This document shows positions 31,064 through 41,015 of a stretch of DNA of 64,000 bases, piece after piece (positions within the stretch are counted from its first letter, which is position 1; every line of letters starts with the position of its first letter). Below the pieces are notes generated by a model that had not been told where the DNA came from, searched no databases, and saw nothing but the letters and a program-made list of their open reading frames with translations. The DNA is from an uncultured Lachnospiraceae bacterium (lineage in GTDB: Bacteria > Bacillota > Clostridia > Lachnospirales > Lachnospiraceae). The position numbers and the translations under genes were made by a program. The stretch is taken from NCBI GenBank assembly GCA_964424785.1, contig CAYRKA010000001.1, positions 33,416 through 97,415 of the forward strand, written 5' to 3'.

Positions 31064-32407
31064 ATGGGAAAATATTTTGGAACAGACGGCTTCCGCGGAG
31101 AGGCCAATGTAGGGCTGACGGTTGAGCATGCATTCAAGGTGGGACGGTACCTTGGCTGGTACTACGGCCAGGATTACAAGGCGCGTATCGTGATCGGCAA
31201 GGATACGAGGCGGTCGAGCTATATGTTTGAGTATGCGCTTGCGGCGGGGCTGACAGCTTCCGGCGCAGATGCGTTCCTGCTTCACGTGACGACGACGCCG
31301 AGCGTATCATTTGTCGTACGGACCGAGGATTTTGACTGCGGTATCATGATCTCGGCGAGCCACAACCCGTATTATGACAACGGGATCAAGATCATCAGCG
31401 GCAGCGGCAAGAAGATCGGGGCCGAGATCGAGGACCGGATTGAGGATTATATTGACGGGAAGATCGGGGAGCTTCCGCTTGCGACAGGGACGAAGATCGG
31501 GCGCACGGTCGACTATGTGGCGGGCCGTAACCGCTATATCGGCCATCTGATCGCGATGGCGACGCGCTCATTCAAAAATACAAAGGTCGGCCTCGACTGT
31601 TCAAACGGAAGCGCTTCCTCGATCGCGAAGAGCGTGTTCGACGCGCTGGGCGCGAAGACCTATGTGATCCACAATGAGCCGGACGGCACGAACATCAATG
31701 AGGGCTGCGGTTCTACCCATATCGAGGAGCTGCGCAAATTCGTGATGGAGAAAGGGCTGGACGTCGGCTTTGCGTACGACGGGGACGCGGACCGCTGCAT
31801 TGCGGTCGATGAGAATGGCAGGATTATTGACGGAGACCTGATCCTCTATATCTGTGGCAAATACATGAAGGAGGAGGGCAAGCTGACGAACAATACGGTT
31901 GTCACGACGATCATGTCGAACCTCGGGCTGTATAAAGCGTTTGACAAAGCCGGGATCTCCTACGAGAAGACGGCGGTTGGCGACAAGTACGTTTATGCGA
32001 ATATGTGCGAGAATGGCCATTGCCTGGGTGGTGAGCAGTCGGGCCATATCATTTTCTCAAAATACGCGACGACCGGGGATGGCATCCTGACGTCCCTGAT
32101 GGTCATGGGCGTCATGATGGATAAGAAGACGACGCTTGCGGCGCTTGCTTCTGAGGTAAAGATTTATCCGCAGCTCCTGAAAAATGTCCGCGTGGCGGAT
32201 AAGAAGGCAGTCCGGGATAATGAGGCCGTGCAGGCGAAGGTCGCAAGCGTGGGAGAGCAGCTCGGCGAGGATGGCAGGGTTCTCGTGCGCGAGAGCGGCA
32301 CGGAGCCGGTGATCCGCGTCATGGTCGAGGCGGAGAGCGACGAAATCTGCGCAAAATATGTCAGTGAAATCGTCGAGGTGATGAAGGAGCAGGGTCTGAC
32401 CACGTAA
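31064..32407 (+). CDS. glmM: Phosphoglucosamine mutase
   Basis: YFGTDGFRG, MISASHNP, YDGDADR, GGEQSGH, VRESGTEPVIRVM. Confidence 0.95.
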   Translation: MGKYFGTDGFRGEANVGLTVEHAFKVGRYLGWYYGQDYKARIVIGKDTRRSSYMFEYALAAGLTASGADAFLLHVTTTPSVSFVVRTEDFDCGIMISASHNPYYDNGIKIISGSGKKIGAEIEDRIEDYIDGKIGELPLATGTKIGRTVDYVAGRNRYIGHLIAMATRSFKNTKVGLDCSNGSASSIAKSVFDALGAKTYVIHNEPDGTNINEGCGSTHIEELRKFVMEKGLDVGFAYDGDADRCIAVDENGRIIDGDLILYICGKYMKEEGKLTNNTVVTTIMSNLGLYKAFDKAGISYEKTAVGDKYVYANMCENGHCLGGEQSGHIIFSKYATTGDGILTSLMVMGVMMDKKTTLAALASEVKIYPQLLKNVRVADKKAVRDNEAVQAKVASVGEQLGEDGRVLVRESGTEPVIRVMVEAESDEICAKYVSEIVEVMKEQGLTT

Positions 32408-32513
32408 TTGTGGATGAGCCTGCCTGCGTGGCGCGGGGATATCGATGAAAGGACAGAGAATGGCCGCCTGTACGTATCTATGCGTATGGCGGCCTCACTG
32501 TCCGGGAGGAAAC

Positions 32514-34238
32514 ATGGAGCACAAGTGGAAGCGGCTTATCGGTTACTATAAGCCGTACAGGAAATTATTCATTACAGATCTGTTTTTTGCGATCCTCGGG
32601 GCAGCGGTCACGCTTGTGATCCCGTTGATCGTGCGTTATATCACGACGAATGTAATCGTCTTGCCGGGAGAGGAGGCGTTTCAGAGTATCCTGAGGCTGG
32701 GTGTGCTGATGGTCGGCCTTGTTGCGGTTGAATGCTTCTGCAATTTTTACATTGCCTATTTCGGGCATTTGATGGGCGCGAAAATGGAACATGATATGCG
32801 CAATGAGATTTTTGCGCATTATCAGCGCCTCTCGTTCGCGTTCTATGACAACCAGAAGGTCGGGCAGCTCCTGTCGCGTATTACGTCGGATCTGTTTGAT
32901 ATCAGCGAGCTGCTGCATCACGGACCGGAGGACGTCGTGATCTCCCTGATCAAGTTTATCGGGTCGTTTGTCATTCTGTGCAGCATCAACACGGCGCTGA
33001 CCATGACGGCATTTGCGTTCCTGCCTGTGATTGTGCTGTACGCGTTCTGGCTCAACCGCAAAATGAAGCGGGCGTTCAAGCAGAACCGTGCGCGCATCGC
33101 CGACATCAACAGCCAGATTGAGGACAGCCTCTCCGGCATCCGCGCGGTCAAATCGTTTTCCAATGAAGCGATTGAAATGGAAAAGTTCCGTGAGGGGAAC
33201 GAGCGGTTTGTCGAGTCGAAGCGCAGGAGCTACTGGTATATGGGCTGGTACAATTCTGGGCTCGGCGCGCTGACGACGCTTGTGACGATCGCTGTACTTG
33301 TGGTGGGTGCGGCCCTGATCACAGGGGCACATATGGAGGTGTCCGATCTTGTCACATTCCTGCTCTACATCAACAATTTCACGGAGCCGGTGAAGAAGCT
33401 GATCAGCTTTACCGAGCAGTTCCAGAATGGTTATACCGGGTATGAACGTTTCCTTGAGATTATGGATGTGCAGCCGGATATCGAGGATGCGCCGGACGCC
33501 ATCGCGTTGGAGAAGGCAAAGGGCGACATCCGGTTCGACAATGTCTCATTTAAATATGAAGAAAACCAGGACACGGTGCTCAGCCATATCGACCTTCATG
33601 TGAATGCGGGCGATTATCTCGCGATCGTCGGCTCGTCCGGCGGCGGCAAGACAACACTGTGCAGCCTGATCCCACGTTTCTACGATGTGGACGGCGGGAG
33701 GATCCTGCTCGACGGTATCGACATCCGCAGGATCCGGATTGAAGATCTGAGGAAACAGATCGGTATTGTGCAGCAGGACGTCTATCTGTTCGCGGAGAAT
33801 ATTATGGAGAATATCCGTTATGGCAGGCCGGATGCGACGGATGAGGAGGTCATTGCGGCGGCGCGGCTGGCGAACGCGCATGAATTTATCTCGCAGCTGC
33901 CGGACGGATACCTGACCGACATCGGACAGCGCGGCGTCAAGCTCTCCGGCGGGCAGAAGCAGCGCATTTCGATTGCACGTGTATTTTTGAAAAATCCGGC
34001 AATCCTGATCTTTGATGAGGCGACGTCGGCGCTCGACAATGAGAGCGAGAAGATTGTGCAGAAATCGATGGAGTCGCTCGCGAAGGGCCGGACGACGTTT
34101 GTGATCGCGCACCGCCTGTCGACGATCCGCAACGCGCAGAAGATCCTTGTGCTGACGGAGAACGGGATCGAGGAGCAGGGGACGCATGACGAGCTGCTGG
34201 CGCTGGACGGGATCTACGCGAAGCTGTATCGCGGGTGA
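32514..34238 (+). CDS. ABC half-transporter (fused permease/ATPase, exporter type)
   Basis: N-terminal TM domain; [34 protein letters not shown]. Confidence 0.92.
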   Translation: MEHKWKRLIGYYKPYRKLFITDLFFAILGAAVTLVIPLIVRYITTNVIVLPGEEAFQSILRLGVLMVGLVAVECFCNFYIAYFGHLMGAKMEHDMRNEIFAHYQRLSFAFYDNQKVGQLLSRITSDLFDISELLHHGPEDVVISLIKFIGSFVILCSINTALTMTAFAFLPVIVLYAFWLNRKMKRAFKQNRARIADINSQIEDSLSGIRAVKSFSNEAIEMEKFREGNERFVESKRRSYWYMGWYNSGLGALTTLVTIAVLVVGAALITGAHMEVSDLVTFLLYINNFTEPVKKLISFTEQFQNGYTGYERFLEIMDVQPDIEDAPDAIALEKAKGDIRFDNVSFKYEENQDTVLSHIDLHVNAGDYLAIVGSSGGGKTTLCSLIPRFYDVDGGRILLDGIDIRRIRIEDLRKQIGIVQQDVYLFAENIMENIRYGRPDATDEEVIAAARLANAHEFISQLPDGYLTDIGQRGVKLSGGQKQRISIARVFLKNPAILIFDEATSALDNESEKIVQKSMESLAKGRTTFVIAHRLSTIRNAQKILVLTENGIEEQGTHDELLALDGIYAKLYRG

Positions 34239-34264
34239 AGCGGGAAGGCCGCCAAAGGCAACAC

Positions 34265-34319
34265 GCCCTGGCGCGGGCGGACAGGGTCGATGATAGGGCC
34301 GATGACTCTCCCCTATCCG
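34265..34319 (+). repeat. Dispersed two-hairpin element, right-module copy with an internal 12-nt duplication
   Basis: gccctggcgcgggcggacagggtcgatga[tagggccgatga]ctctcccctatccg. Confidence 0.8.
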
Positions 34320-34347
34320 GTTGGATCAGACAGTGAGGAGCAGAATT

Positions 34348-35403
34348 ATGGAAAAATGGGAAGAAAATGTGCGCACGGTAGTCCCATATGTGCCGGGTGA
34401 GCAGCCAAAGCGCAGAGATATCATCAAGCTGAATACCAATGAGAATCCGTACCCGCCATCTCCAAAAGTGGCGGAGGCACTTGCCCGGATGGATACAGAG
34501 AGTATGCGCAGGTATCCGGATCCGGCAGCAGGCCGTCTCGTCTCGGCTATTGCGTCGCTCCATGGCTTGCCGAAGGAGCAGGTGTTTGTCGGTGTGGGTT
34601 CAGACGATGTGCTTGCAATGTCGTTCCTGGCATTTTTTAACAGTGGGCGGCCGATTCTGTTCCCGGACATCACATATTCGTTTTATGATGTCTGGGCGGA
34701 CGTGTTCCGGATTCCATATGAGTGCCAGCCACTGGACGCGTCATTTCAGATCGTAAAAGAGGATTATTATAAGGAAAACGGAGGTGTCGTCTTCCCGAAT
34801 CCGAATGCGCCGACGGGAGCCCTGCTGCCGCTCAGTGCGGTAGAGGATATCATCGCGCACAATCAGGATGTGGTCGTGATTGTGGATGAGGCGTACATAG
34901 ATTTCGGCGGGACCACGGCTGCGGGGCTGATTGGCAAATATGAAAATCTCCTGGTTGTGCGGACTTTTTCCAAGTCCCGCTCCTTGGCCGGGATGCGGAT
35001 CGGATATGCACTCGGCAGCAGGAAGCTGATCGGATATCTGAGTGATGTGAAATATTCGTTCAATTCCTACACGATGAATGAGGCGGCGCTGGTGCTCGGC
35101 GAGGCTGCGGCGCTTGACCGTCCGTATTTTGAAGAGACTTGCGCCAGGATTATTGCGACGCGGGAGCGCGCGAAGAAGGAATTTGCGGCACTCGGCTTCT
35201 CGTTTGCAGATTCGCAGGCGAATTTCCTGTTCGTGACGCATGAGGTATGCCCTGCGGCGGAGCTGTTCGCGGCGCTGAAGGAGGCGGGGATCTATGTGCG
35301 CTATTTCAAAAAACCGCGCATTGACAATTATCTCCGCATCACGGTCGGGACAGACGAGGAGATGGAGACGCTGTTCCGCTTCCTGAGGTCATATCTCAGG
35401 TAA
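34348..35403 (+). CDS. hisC: Histidinol-phosphate aminotransferase
   Basis: KLNTNENPY, RRYPD, NPNAPTG, VDEAY, RTFSKSRSLAGMRIGY, LRITVGT. Confidence 0.92.
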   Translation: MEKWEENVRTVVPYVPGEQPKRRDIIKLNTNENPYPPSPKVAEALARMDTESMRRYPDPAAGRLVSAIASLHGLPKEQVFVGVGSDDVLAMSFLAFFNSGRPILFPDITYSFYDVWADVFRIPYECQPLDASFQIVKEDYYKENGGVVFPNPNAPTGALLPLSAVEDIIAHNQDVVVIVDEAYIDFGGTTAAGLIGKYENLLVVRTFSKSRSLAGMRIGYALGSRKLIGYLSDVKYSFNSYTMNEAALVLGEAAALDRPYFEETCARIIATRERAKKEFAALGFSFADSQANFLFVTHEVCPAAELFAALKEAGIYVRYFKKPRIDNYLRITVGTDEEMETLFRFLRSYLR

Positions 35404-35487
35404 GGGACTGTGCGGCGCAGGATGCAGACATCCGGGAAAACAGATACCTTTGACGATACGTCTCCAAAGAAAGGAAGCGGGAGGAAG

Positions 35488-36252
35488 ATGGCCTCGTACG
35501 AAAGCTTTGCTGAGGTCTATGACGTGTTCATGGACAATATTCCCTATGAAGAATGGTGCGCATATCTGCACGGCCTCCTCACCGAATACCATGTGGAGGA
35601 CGGGCTGGTGCTGGAGCTCGGCTGCGGGACCGGCTCTATGACGGAGCTGCTGGCGGACAATGGATATGACATGATCGGGCTGGACAATTCCATCGGGATG
35701 CTTGAGGCCGCGCAGCAGAAAAAGGAGAAGTCCGGCCATGATATCCTGTATTTGCTGCAGGATATGCGCGAATTTGAGCTGTACGGGACGGTCCGCGCTA
35801 TCGTGAGCGTCTGTGATTCCATGAATTACATGACGGATGAGGAGGACCTGCTGGCTGTGTTCCGGCTTGCCGATAATTACCTTGATCCGGGCGGGATTTT
35901 TATCTTTGATATGAATACGGTGTATAAGTACCGTGCGCTCGGCGAGAGCGTGATTGCCGAGAACCGGGACGAGGGCAGCTTTATCTGGGAAAACTGGTAC
36001 GATGAGGAGACGAAGATCAACGAGTACGACCTGACACTCTTTCTCCGCGAAAAAGGCGGGCTCTACCGGAAACATGAGGAGACTCACTGCCAGAGGGCAT
36101 GGGAGCCACGGGAGATCCGGAAGCTGCTTGCCGAGGCTGGGCTTGAGTTTCTCGCGGTCTATGATGCTTTCACACATGAGCCGCCCCGCCCGGACAGCGG
36201 GCGCGTGTACTTTATTGCAAAGGAATGCAGGAAAGGCCGGGAGCCGGGCTGA
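35488..36252 (+). CDS. Class I SAM-dependent methyltransferase
   Basis: VLELGCGTG, GLDNSIGML, QDMREFEL, CDSMNY, PGGIFIFD. Confidence 0.9.
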   Translation: MASYESFAEVYDVFMDNIPYEEWCAYLHGLLTEYHVEDGLVLELGCGTGSMTELLADNGYDMIGLDNSIGMLEAAQQKKEKSGHDILYLLQDMREFELYGTVRAIVSVCDSMNYMTDEEDLLAVFRLADNYLDPGGIFIFDMNTVYKYRALGESVIAENRDEGSFIWENWYDEETKINEYDLTLFLREKGGLYRKHEETHCQRAWEPREIRKLLAEAGLEFLAVYDAFTHEPPRPDSGRVYFIAKECRKGREPG

Positions 36253-36276
36253 CCAGGTACGGCCTGCAGGAGGCCG

Positions 36277-36771
36277 TCATTCTGCTTTGGGCGTCTCGTA
36301 TGTTTCATTGTAATTCAATTCTTCTGATACGATGTCAGTGATCACGCCATCCTCCCAGTCAAAGACCAGATATCGGTAGACCACGTCATGGGAACGCAGA
36401 TACTCATGAGAACTCATCAGGGCGTACAGCTCCGATTCGCTGATATTGTTTTCCGCGCAGAGCGTTGCGTACGAAACAGGCTCCCCGTCGACAAAAAAGT
36501 TCGCGATCATGGTTGAGATCGGATCGTCGTACGGGATGCGGCTGATGGACATAGTCATATAATCTGAGGCGGCATCGCGGTACGCGACCTGAACGGTGTA
36601 GCTGCGGTATGCATTGATAAAGGCATTCTTCCCATCGCCGACGGAAACACCGTCTGCGGTCACCCCGCCCTCCACCCGGAAGAGGGAGGCGGGCGCGATC
36701 CCCGACGTATTTTTCTCGCAACCTGACAAAAGCAGGGCCGCGGACAGGATTAAAAACAGCAATTTTTTCAT
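36277..36771 (-). CDS. Hypothetical lipoprotein
   Basis: MKK, hydrophobic stretch and LSGC lipobox; AGGGGG SD upstream. Confidence 0.7.
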   Translation of the reverse strand: MKKLLFLILSAALLLSGCEKNTSGIAPASLFRVEGGVTADGVSVGDGKNAFINAYRSYTVQVAYRDAASDYMTMSISRIPYDDPISTMIANFFVDGEPVSYATLCAENNISESELYALMSSHEYLRSHDVVYRYLVFDWEDGVITDIVSEELNYNETYETPKAE

Positions 36772-36919
36772 AAATCATCGGCCCCCTTTGCTTTTCGTTT
36801 CTTATAAATTATCATACTATGCAAAAAGAATCCAGTAAAATTTAAGCGGTATTTGAGAATGAATTGTTTTAAGAATATGGAAAGAAAGTGAACAAAACCT
36901 TAAATTTGAAAGAAAGCAG

Positions 36920-36948
36920 TTGACTTTTTAAGGGATTTAGATTACTCT
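36920..36948 (+). promoter_or_regulatory. Candidate sigma70 promoter of the LTA synthase family gene
   Basis: TTGACT-N17-TACTCT in an AT-rich context; weak -10. Confidence 0.4.
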
Positions 36949-37151
36949 TGCAAATGAATTTTCAGGATTATTACAAGACATTACAGGCAGCCGGGCTGCC
37001 GTAGAGCGTGAAACGACCATAACAAGAGGTACCCAGCAGTTACAGGTAATGAAAAGTGACAGTTCCGCAAGGACTTTCACTTTGCCGCAAAGTCTGCGAG
37101 GGCACATAAATTCTGCCAATGAAAAGCAAGAGACAGGGGCGTGTTGATAAT

Positions 37152-39374
37152 ATGAAGAGTGAGAGAAGACAGAGAGCGATAGCGGTGCTGAACCGATATT
37201 CCCTGCTGTTCCATGTTGTGCTGGCATGTGGGGTCTGCTTTTTGATCGAATGGATTTCGAGACATTCGTTCTTTGAGGCGTGTCAGTTCGCGGTGGACCG
37301 CAATCTTGTATTTCTGTACAATTCTTTGATTGTGTATGCATCGTTGATGCTGGTGTACATAGTGAAGCGCAGGACGGCGGTCCGCGTCATGATTTCCGCA
37401 TTCTGGCTGTTCCTCGGGACGATCAACGGCTGTGTGCTGGCGAAGCGGGTATCACCGTTCAGCTTTACCGACCTCAAGATGGTCAGCGACCTTTTCACCA
37501 TGAAAAGCAATTATTTCACGGCAACGGAAGCGGCGCTCGTAATTGCGGGCGTTTCGGCGGTGGTCATCCTGCTCGCGGTATTCTGGTTCAAGGGGCCGAA
37601 GTTCAGGGGCAAGGTCCACAGATGGGTCGGCGTGCTGATGACGTTTGCTGTTGCATTGATGATCCCGGGCGTGACGGATGCGGCGGTGAGCAACAATGTC
37701 CTGACGGCATATTTTGAGAATCTGGCGCAGGGCTACAAGGACTACGGCTTTGTGTACAGCTTTTCGGCCAGCGTGCTCGACCGGGGCATGAGCGAGCCGG
37801 ACAATTATTCAGAGGAGTCAGTCGAGGCGGTGCTTGCCAGGATACGGGAGGATACGGAAGGCGCAGGCAGCGGCCGGCAGACGGCGGACACCTCGCCTGT
37901 GCCGCAGACCGGAGCAGATGAGGACGCATCCGGGCGGCAGGACAGCGGTGCGGTGATGACGGCGCAGCAGATGTCACGAACGACGTCGGCTGACGTTGCG
38001 CAGCCGGATGCCGTATCGGCAGAAGATGCGCAGCAGGGAGAACAGGAGATTCCAGAGGATGGAGACGATGCGGATCAGGAGTATCCGAACATTATCTGTG
38101 TCCTTCTGGAATCTTTTATTGACCCCGGATTAGTCAATTTTCTGGAGCTCAGCGAAGACCCGATCCCGAATTTCCATGAACTGTACAGCAGCTATACTTC
38201 GGGTTATCTTGAGGTGCCGGTCGTCGGCGCCGGGACCGCGAATACAGAGTTTGAGGTGCTGACCGGGATGGGGATGCAGTTCTTCGGGCTCGGTGAGTAC
38301 CCGTACAAGACGATCCTGAAGGAGACGAACTGCGAGAGCATCGCCTCGGATCTGCACACGCTCGGTTACGGGACGCATGCCGTCCATAACAATGGCGGCA
38401 ATTTCTACAGCCGCAGGAATGCTTTTTCCATGATGGGCTTTGACACCTTCACCTGCAAGGAAATGATGGATATCCAGGACTACACGCCGCTTGGGACGTG
38501 GCCGACGGACGACATCCTGATCGGGGAGGTCGAGAAGTCGCTTGATTATACGCCCGGCCGGCAGGATTTTGTCTATACGATCACGGTAGAGGCACATGGT
38601 GACTATCCGAAGGAGAAGGTACTCGAGGATCCGGCAATCAAGGTCAGCGGCGTTGAGGATGAGGGGATGACGTATGCGTGGGAGTACTATGTGAACCAGC
38701 TCCATGAGGTAGATGATTTCATCGGCAAGCTGATCGAGATGCTGGAGCAGCGTGACGAAAAGACGTTCGTCGTGATGTTTGGCGACCACCTGCCGACGAT
38801 GGGGCTGACCGAGGAGGACATGGCTACGGGCAGCCTGTTCAAGACGCAGTATGTGACGTGGAATAATTTCGGTCTGGAGAAGCAGGATGCCGATATGAGG
38901 TCATACCAGCTGCTCGCGGATGTGACGGACTGGCTCGGTATCCACAATGGTACGATGTTTACCTTCCACCAGGACCGGGAGAGCTATGCGACGGAGGAGG
39001 AGTACCAGGAGAGCATGGAGCTGCTCCAGTATGACATCCTCTACGGGGAACACTATGTATATGGCGGCGGCAACCCGTATCCCGCATCAGATCTCAGGAT
39101 GGGTACGCAGGATATTGTGATTGACCGGTTGATGGAAACCGACAAATACTATTATATCATAGGAGAGAATTTCACGAAGTGGAGCCGGGTCTATGTGAAC
39201 GATGAGAAGGTCAGCACGGGATATATTTCCTCGAAGCTGCTGCGCATCAAGAAGAAGCTGATCGGTACGGGTTCCAACCATATCGTTGTGAACCAGGTGG
39301 GCTCGTCGGATACGGTTTTCCGCAGTTCCAATGAGGTACTGCTGTTGAGGGCGGAGGAAACGGAAAAGGAGTAG
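37152..39374 (+). CDS. LTA synthase family protein (sulfatase/alkaline phosphatase superfamily)
   Basis: 5 N-terminal TM helices; NII.VLLESF, GAGTANTEFE (catalytic Thr), EAHGDY, FGDHLP. Confidence 0.9.
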   Translation: MKSERRQRAIAVLNRYSLLFHVVLACGVCFLIEWISRHSFFEACQFAVDRNLVFLYNSLIVYASLMLVYIVKRRTAVRVMISAFWLFLGTINGCVLAKRVSPFSFTDLKMVSDLFTMKSNYFTATEAALVIAGVSAVVILLAVFWFKGPKFRGKVHRWVGVLMTFAVALMIPGVTDAAVSNNVLTAYFENLAQGYKDYGFVYSFSASVLDRGMSEPDNYSEESVEAVLARIREDTEGAGSGRQTADTSPVPQTGADEDASGRQDSGAVMTAQQMSRTTSADVAQPDAVSAEDAQQGEQEIPEDGDDADQEYPNIICVLLESFIDPGLVNFLELSEDPIPNFHELYSSYTSGYLEVPVVGAGTANTEFEVLTGMGMQFFGLGEYPYKTILKETNCESIASDLHTLGYGTHAVHNNGGNFYSRRNAFSMMGFDTFTCKEMMDIQDYTPLGTWPTDDILIGEVEKSLDYTPGRQDFVYTITVEAHGDYPKEKVLEDPAIKVSGVEDEGMTYAWEYYVNQLHEVDDFIGKLIEMLEQRDEKTFVVMFGDHLPTMGLTEEDMATGSLFKTQYVTWNNFGLEKQDADMRSYQLLADVTDWLGIHNGTMFTFHQDRESYATEEEYQESMELLQYDILYGEHYVYGGGNPYPASDLRMGTQDIVIDRLMETDKYYYIIGENFTKWSRVYVNDEKVSTGYISSKLLRIKKKLIGTGSNHIVVNQVGSSDTVFRSSNEVLLLRAEETEKE

Positions 39375-39383
39375 AGTGGTATC

Positions 39384-39411
39384 GGCGGGGATGCTTTTCT
39401 CCCCGCTTTTG
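39384..39411 (+). terminator. Intrinsic terminator after the LTA synthase gene
   Basis: gcgggga/tccccgc stem followed by a T-tract. Confidence 0.7.
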
Positions 39412-39433
39412 TGTTGTCAGGAACTCCGAAAAC

Positions 39434-39815
39434 GCTTATAATGAAAACATCTGGCGAAGGAGGATGGGCGAGCTTGAAGAGTTCCTCTCCTACATTGCCT
39501 GTCTGCGAACTGCGTGCTGTGATCAAGGAGGACCGCGCCAGCCTGATGGGTGAGTTCTGCAGGGGCTGCGGTTACTGTATGCCGTGCCCGGCCGGGATCG
39601 AGATCAACAACTGCGTGCGCATATCACTGATGATCCGCCGTGCACCGTCCGCTGCACAGCTCACGCTAGGGATGCAGGCGAAGATGATGAAGATCGAAGA
39701 ATGCCTGCACTGCAACCAGTGCATGAAGAAATGCCCATATCATCTGAACACGCCGGAGCTGCTCGCGAAGAACCTGAAGGATTACAAGGAGATCCTCGCG
39801 GGGAAGGAATACTAA
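39434..39815 (+). pseudogene. 3' remnant of an aldo/keto reductase with a C-terminal 4Fe-4S dicluster; 5' part lost, frameshifted
   Basis: FCRGCGYCMPCP..CLHCNQCMKKCPY in one frame; NIW..ELEEFLSYIA in another frame at 39446-39499; the catalytic barrel is missing. Confidence 0.8.
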
Positions 39816-39893
39816 AGCGGTTATTGTTCATGGCTGACATTTACTCATATTGTTACAGCTCAGCCAACCACGATCAGAGTACTCAAAAAACAC

Positions 39894-39922
39894 TTGATTT
39901 TTCATATGGATAGGTATAAGAT
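39894..39922 (+). promoter_or_regulatory. Sigma70 promoter of the amino-acid ABC/DDAH operon
   Basis: TTGATT-N17-TAAGAT. Confidence 0.55.
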
Positions 39923-39926
39923 CAAA

Positions 39927-39940
39927 TGCATAAATATGCA
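39927..39940. promoter_or_regulatory. ArgR/AhrC-like ARG box
   Basis: Palindrome TGCATA-AA-TATGCA matching the TGMATWWWWATKCA consensus, just downstream of the -10. Confidence 0.65.
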
Positions 39941-39967
39941 GGATGCTGCAAGAAGGAGGAGTTTATT

Positions 39968-40852
39968 ATGAAAAAAATGATTTCCTGTTGCGTGGTGCTT
40001 TCCATGATCCTGTGCCTGATGACGGGATTCACGGGCATGGCCGATGACCAGACAGCGCTGGAGAGGGTCCAGGAGAGCGGCAAGCTGATCGTTGCGACGG
40101 ATGCCGCATGGCCGCCGTTTGAGTACATGGAGGGTGAGGATGTAGTAGGCGTTGATCTGGATATCGCGGCTGATATCGCCGAGAGCCTTGGTGTAGAGCT
40201 TGAGATTATCAATGTAGCGTTCGATTCCCTGTCGATGTACCTGCAGAACGGGGAGGCCGACCTGGCGCTTGCCGCGATCACAGTGACAGAGGATCGCAAG
40301 GAGACGATGGAGTTCTCGGAGCCGTACTGTGACGCGTGCCAGTACATCATTGTCCGGGAGGACGATGAGAATGTCAGCACGATCGAGGATCTGGCAGGCT
40401 ACATCATCGGTGTACATCTCGGGACGACAGGAGACTTCCTCGCATCCGATGAGGTGAATATGGGTACGCTGGTGGGCACCGGAGCCTCTGTCCAGCAGTA
40501 CAAGGATCTGTCGATCGCAGCCATGGGGCTCAATGCCGGTGACGTGCAGGCGATCGTGTGCGACAAGATCCTTGCGGAGAATCTCTGCACGGTCAATGAG
40601 GGTCTGAAGTGCTTCGAGGCTGTCTATGCGGACGGCAGCTCCACGCTGGAGCAGTATGCGGTGGCCGCAGCCAAGGGAGAGACGGATCTGATTGCGAAGG
40701 TGAATGAGGTAGTCGTACCGGAGAAAGAGGATGGCACGATCGACCAGTATATCATTGACCAGAGCGCGAGGGCGACTCTTGTAGACGATGAGGCTGAGAG
40801 TGAGACCGAAGCTGTTGAGGCAGGGACCGAGGCTGCTACGGAAGCGGAATAG
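39968..40852 (+). CDS. Polar amino-acid ABC transporter substrate-binding protein (SBP family 3)
   Basis: PPFEY, VGVDLDIA, ADLALAAITVTEDRK, FSEPY; acidic C-terminal tail. Confidence 0.9.
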   Translation: MKKMISCCVVLSMILCLMTGFTGMADDQTALERVQESGKLIVATDAAWPPFEYMEGEDVVGVDLDIAADIAESLGVELEIINVAFDSLSMYLQNGEADLALAAITVTEDRKETMEFSEPYCDACQYIIVREDDENVSTIEDLAGYIIGVHLGTTGDFLASDEVNMGTLVGTGASVQQYKDLSIAAMGLNAGDVQAIVCDKILAENLCTVNEGLKCFEAVYADGSSTLEQYAVAAAKGETDLIAKVNEVVVPEKEDGTIDQYIIDQSARATLVDDEAESETEAVEAGTEAATEAE

Positions 40853-40885
40853 GAACAGGAGATTTTTATAGTCCGGCCAGAGCCG

Positions 40886-40919
40886 TAAAGAGCGGCAGAG
40901 AATTCCCTGCCGCTCTTTA
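40886..40919. terminator. 13-bp perfect hairpin between SBP and permease genes (partial terminator or mRNA stabiliser)
   Basis: taaagagcggcag-agaattcc-ctgccgctcttta. Confidence 0.65.
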
Positions 40920-41015
40920 TCGTGTCACGGGAGACGAAGTCCCCTATGCCGCAGGCGACTGCGCACGGCGTGGGAATGCGCATAGCACGTTCCTGTTTCA
41001 GGAAAGGGAAAAGAT

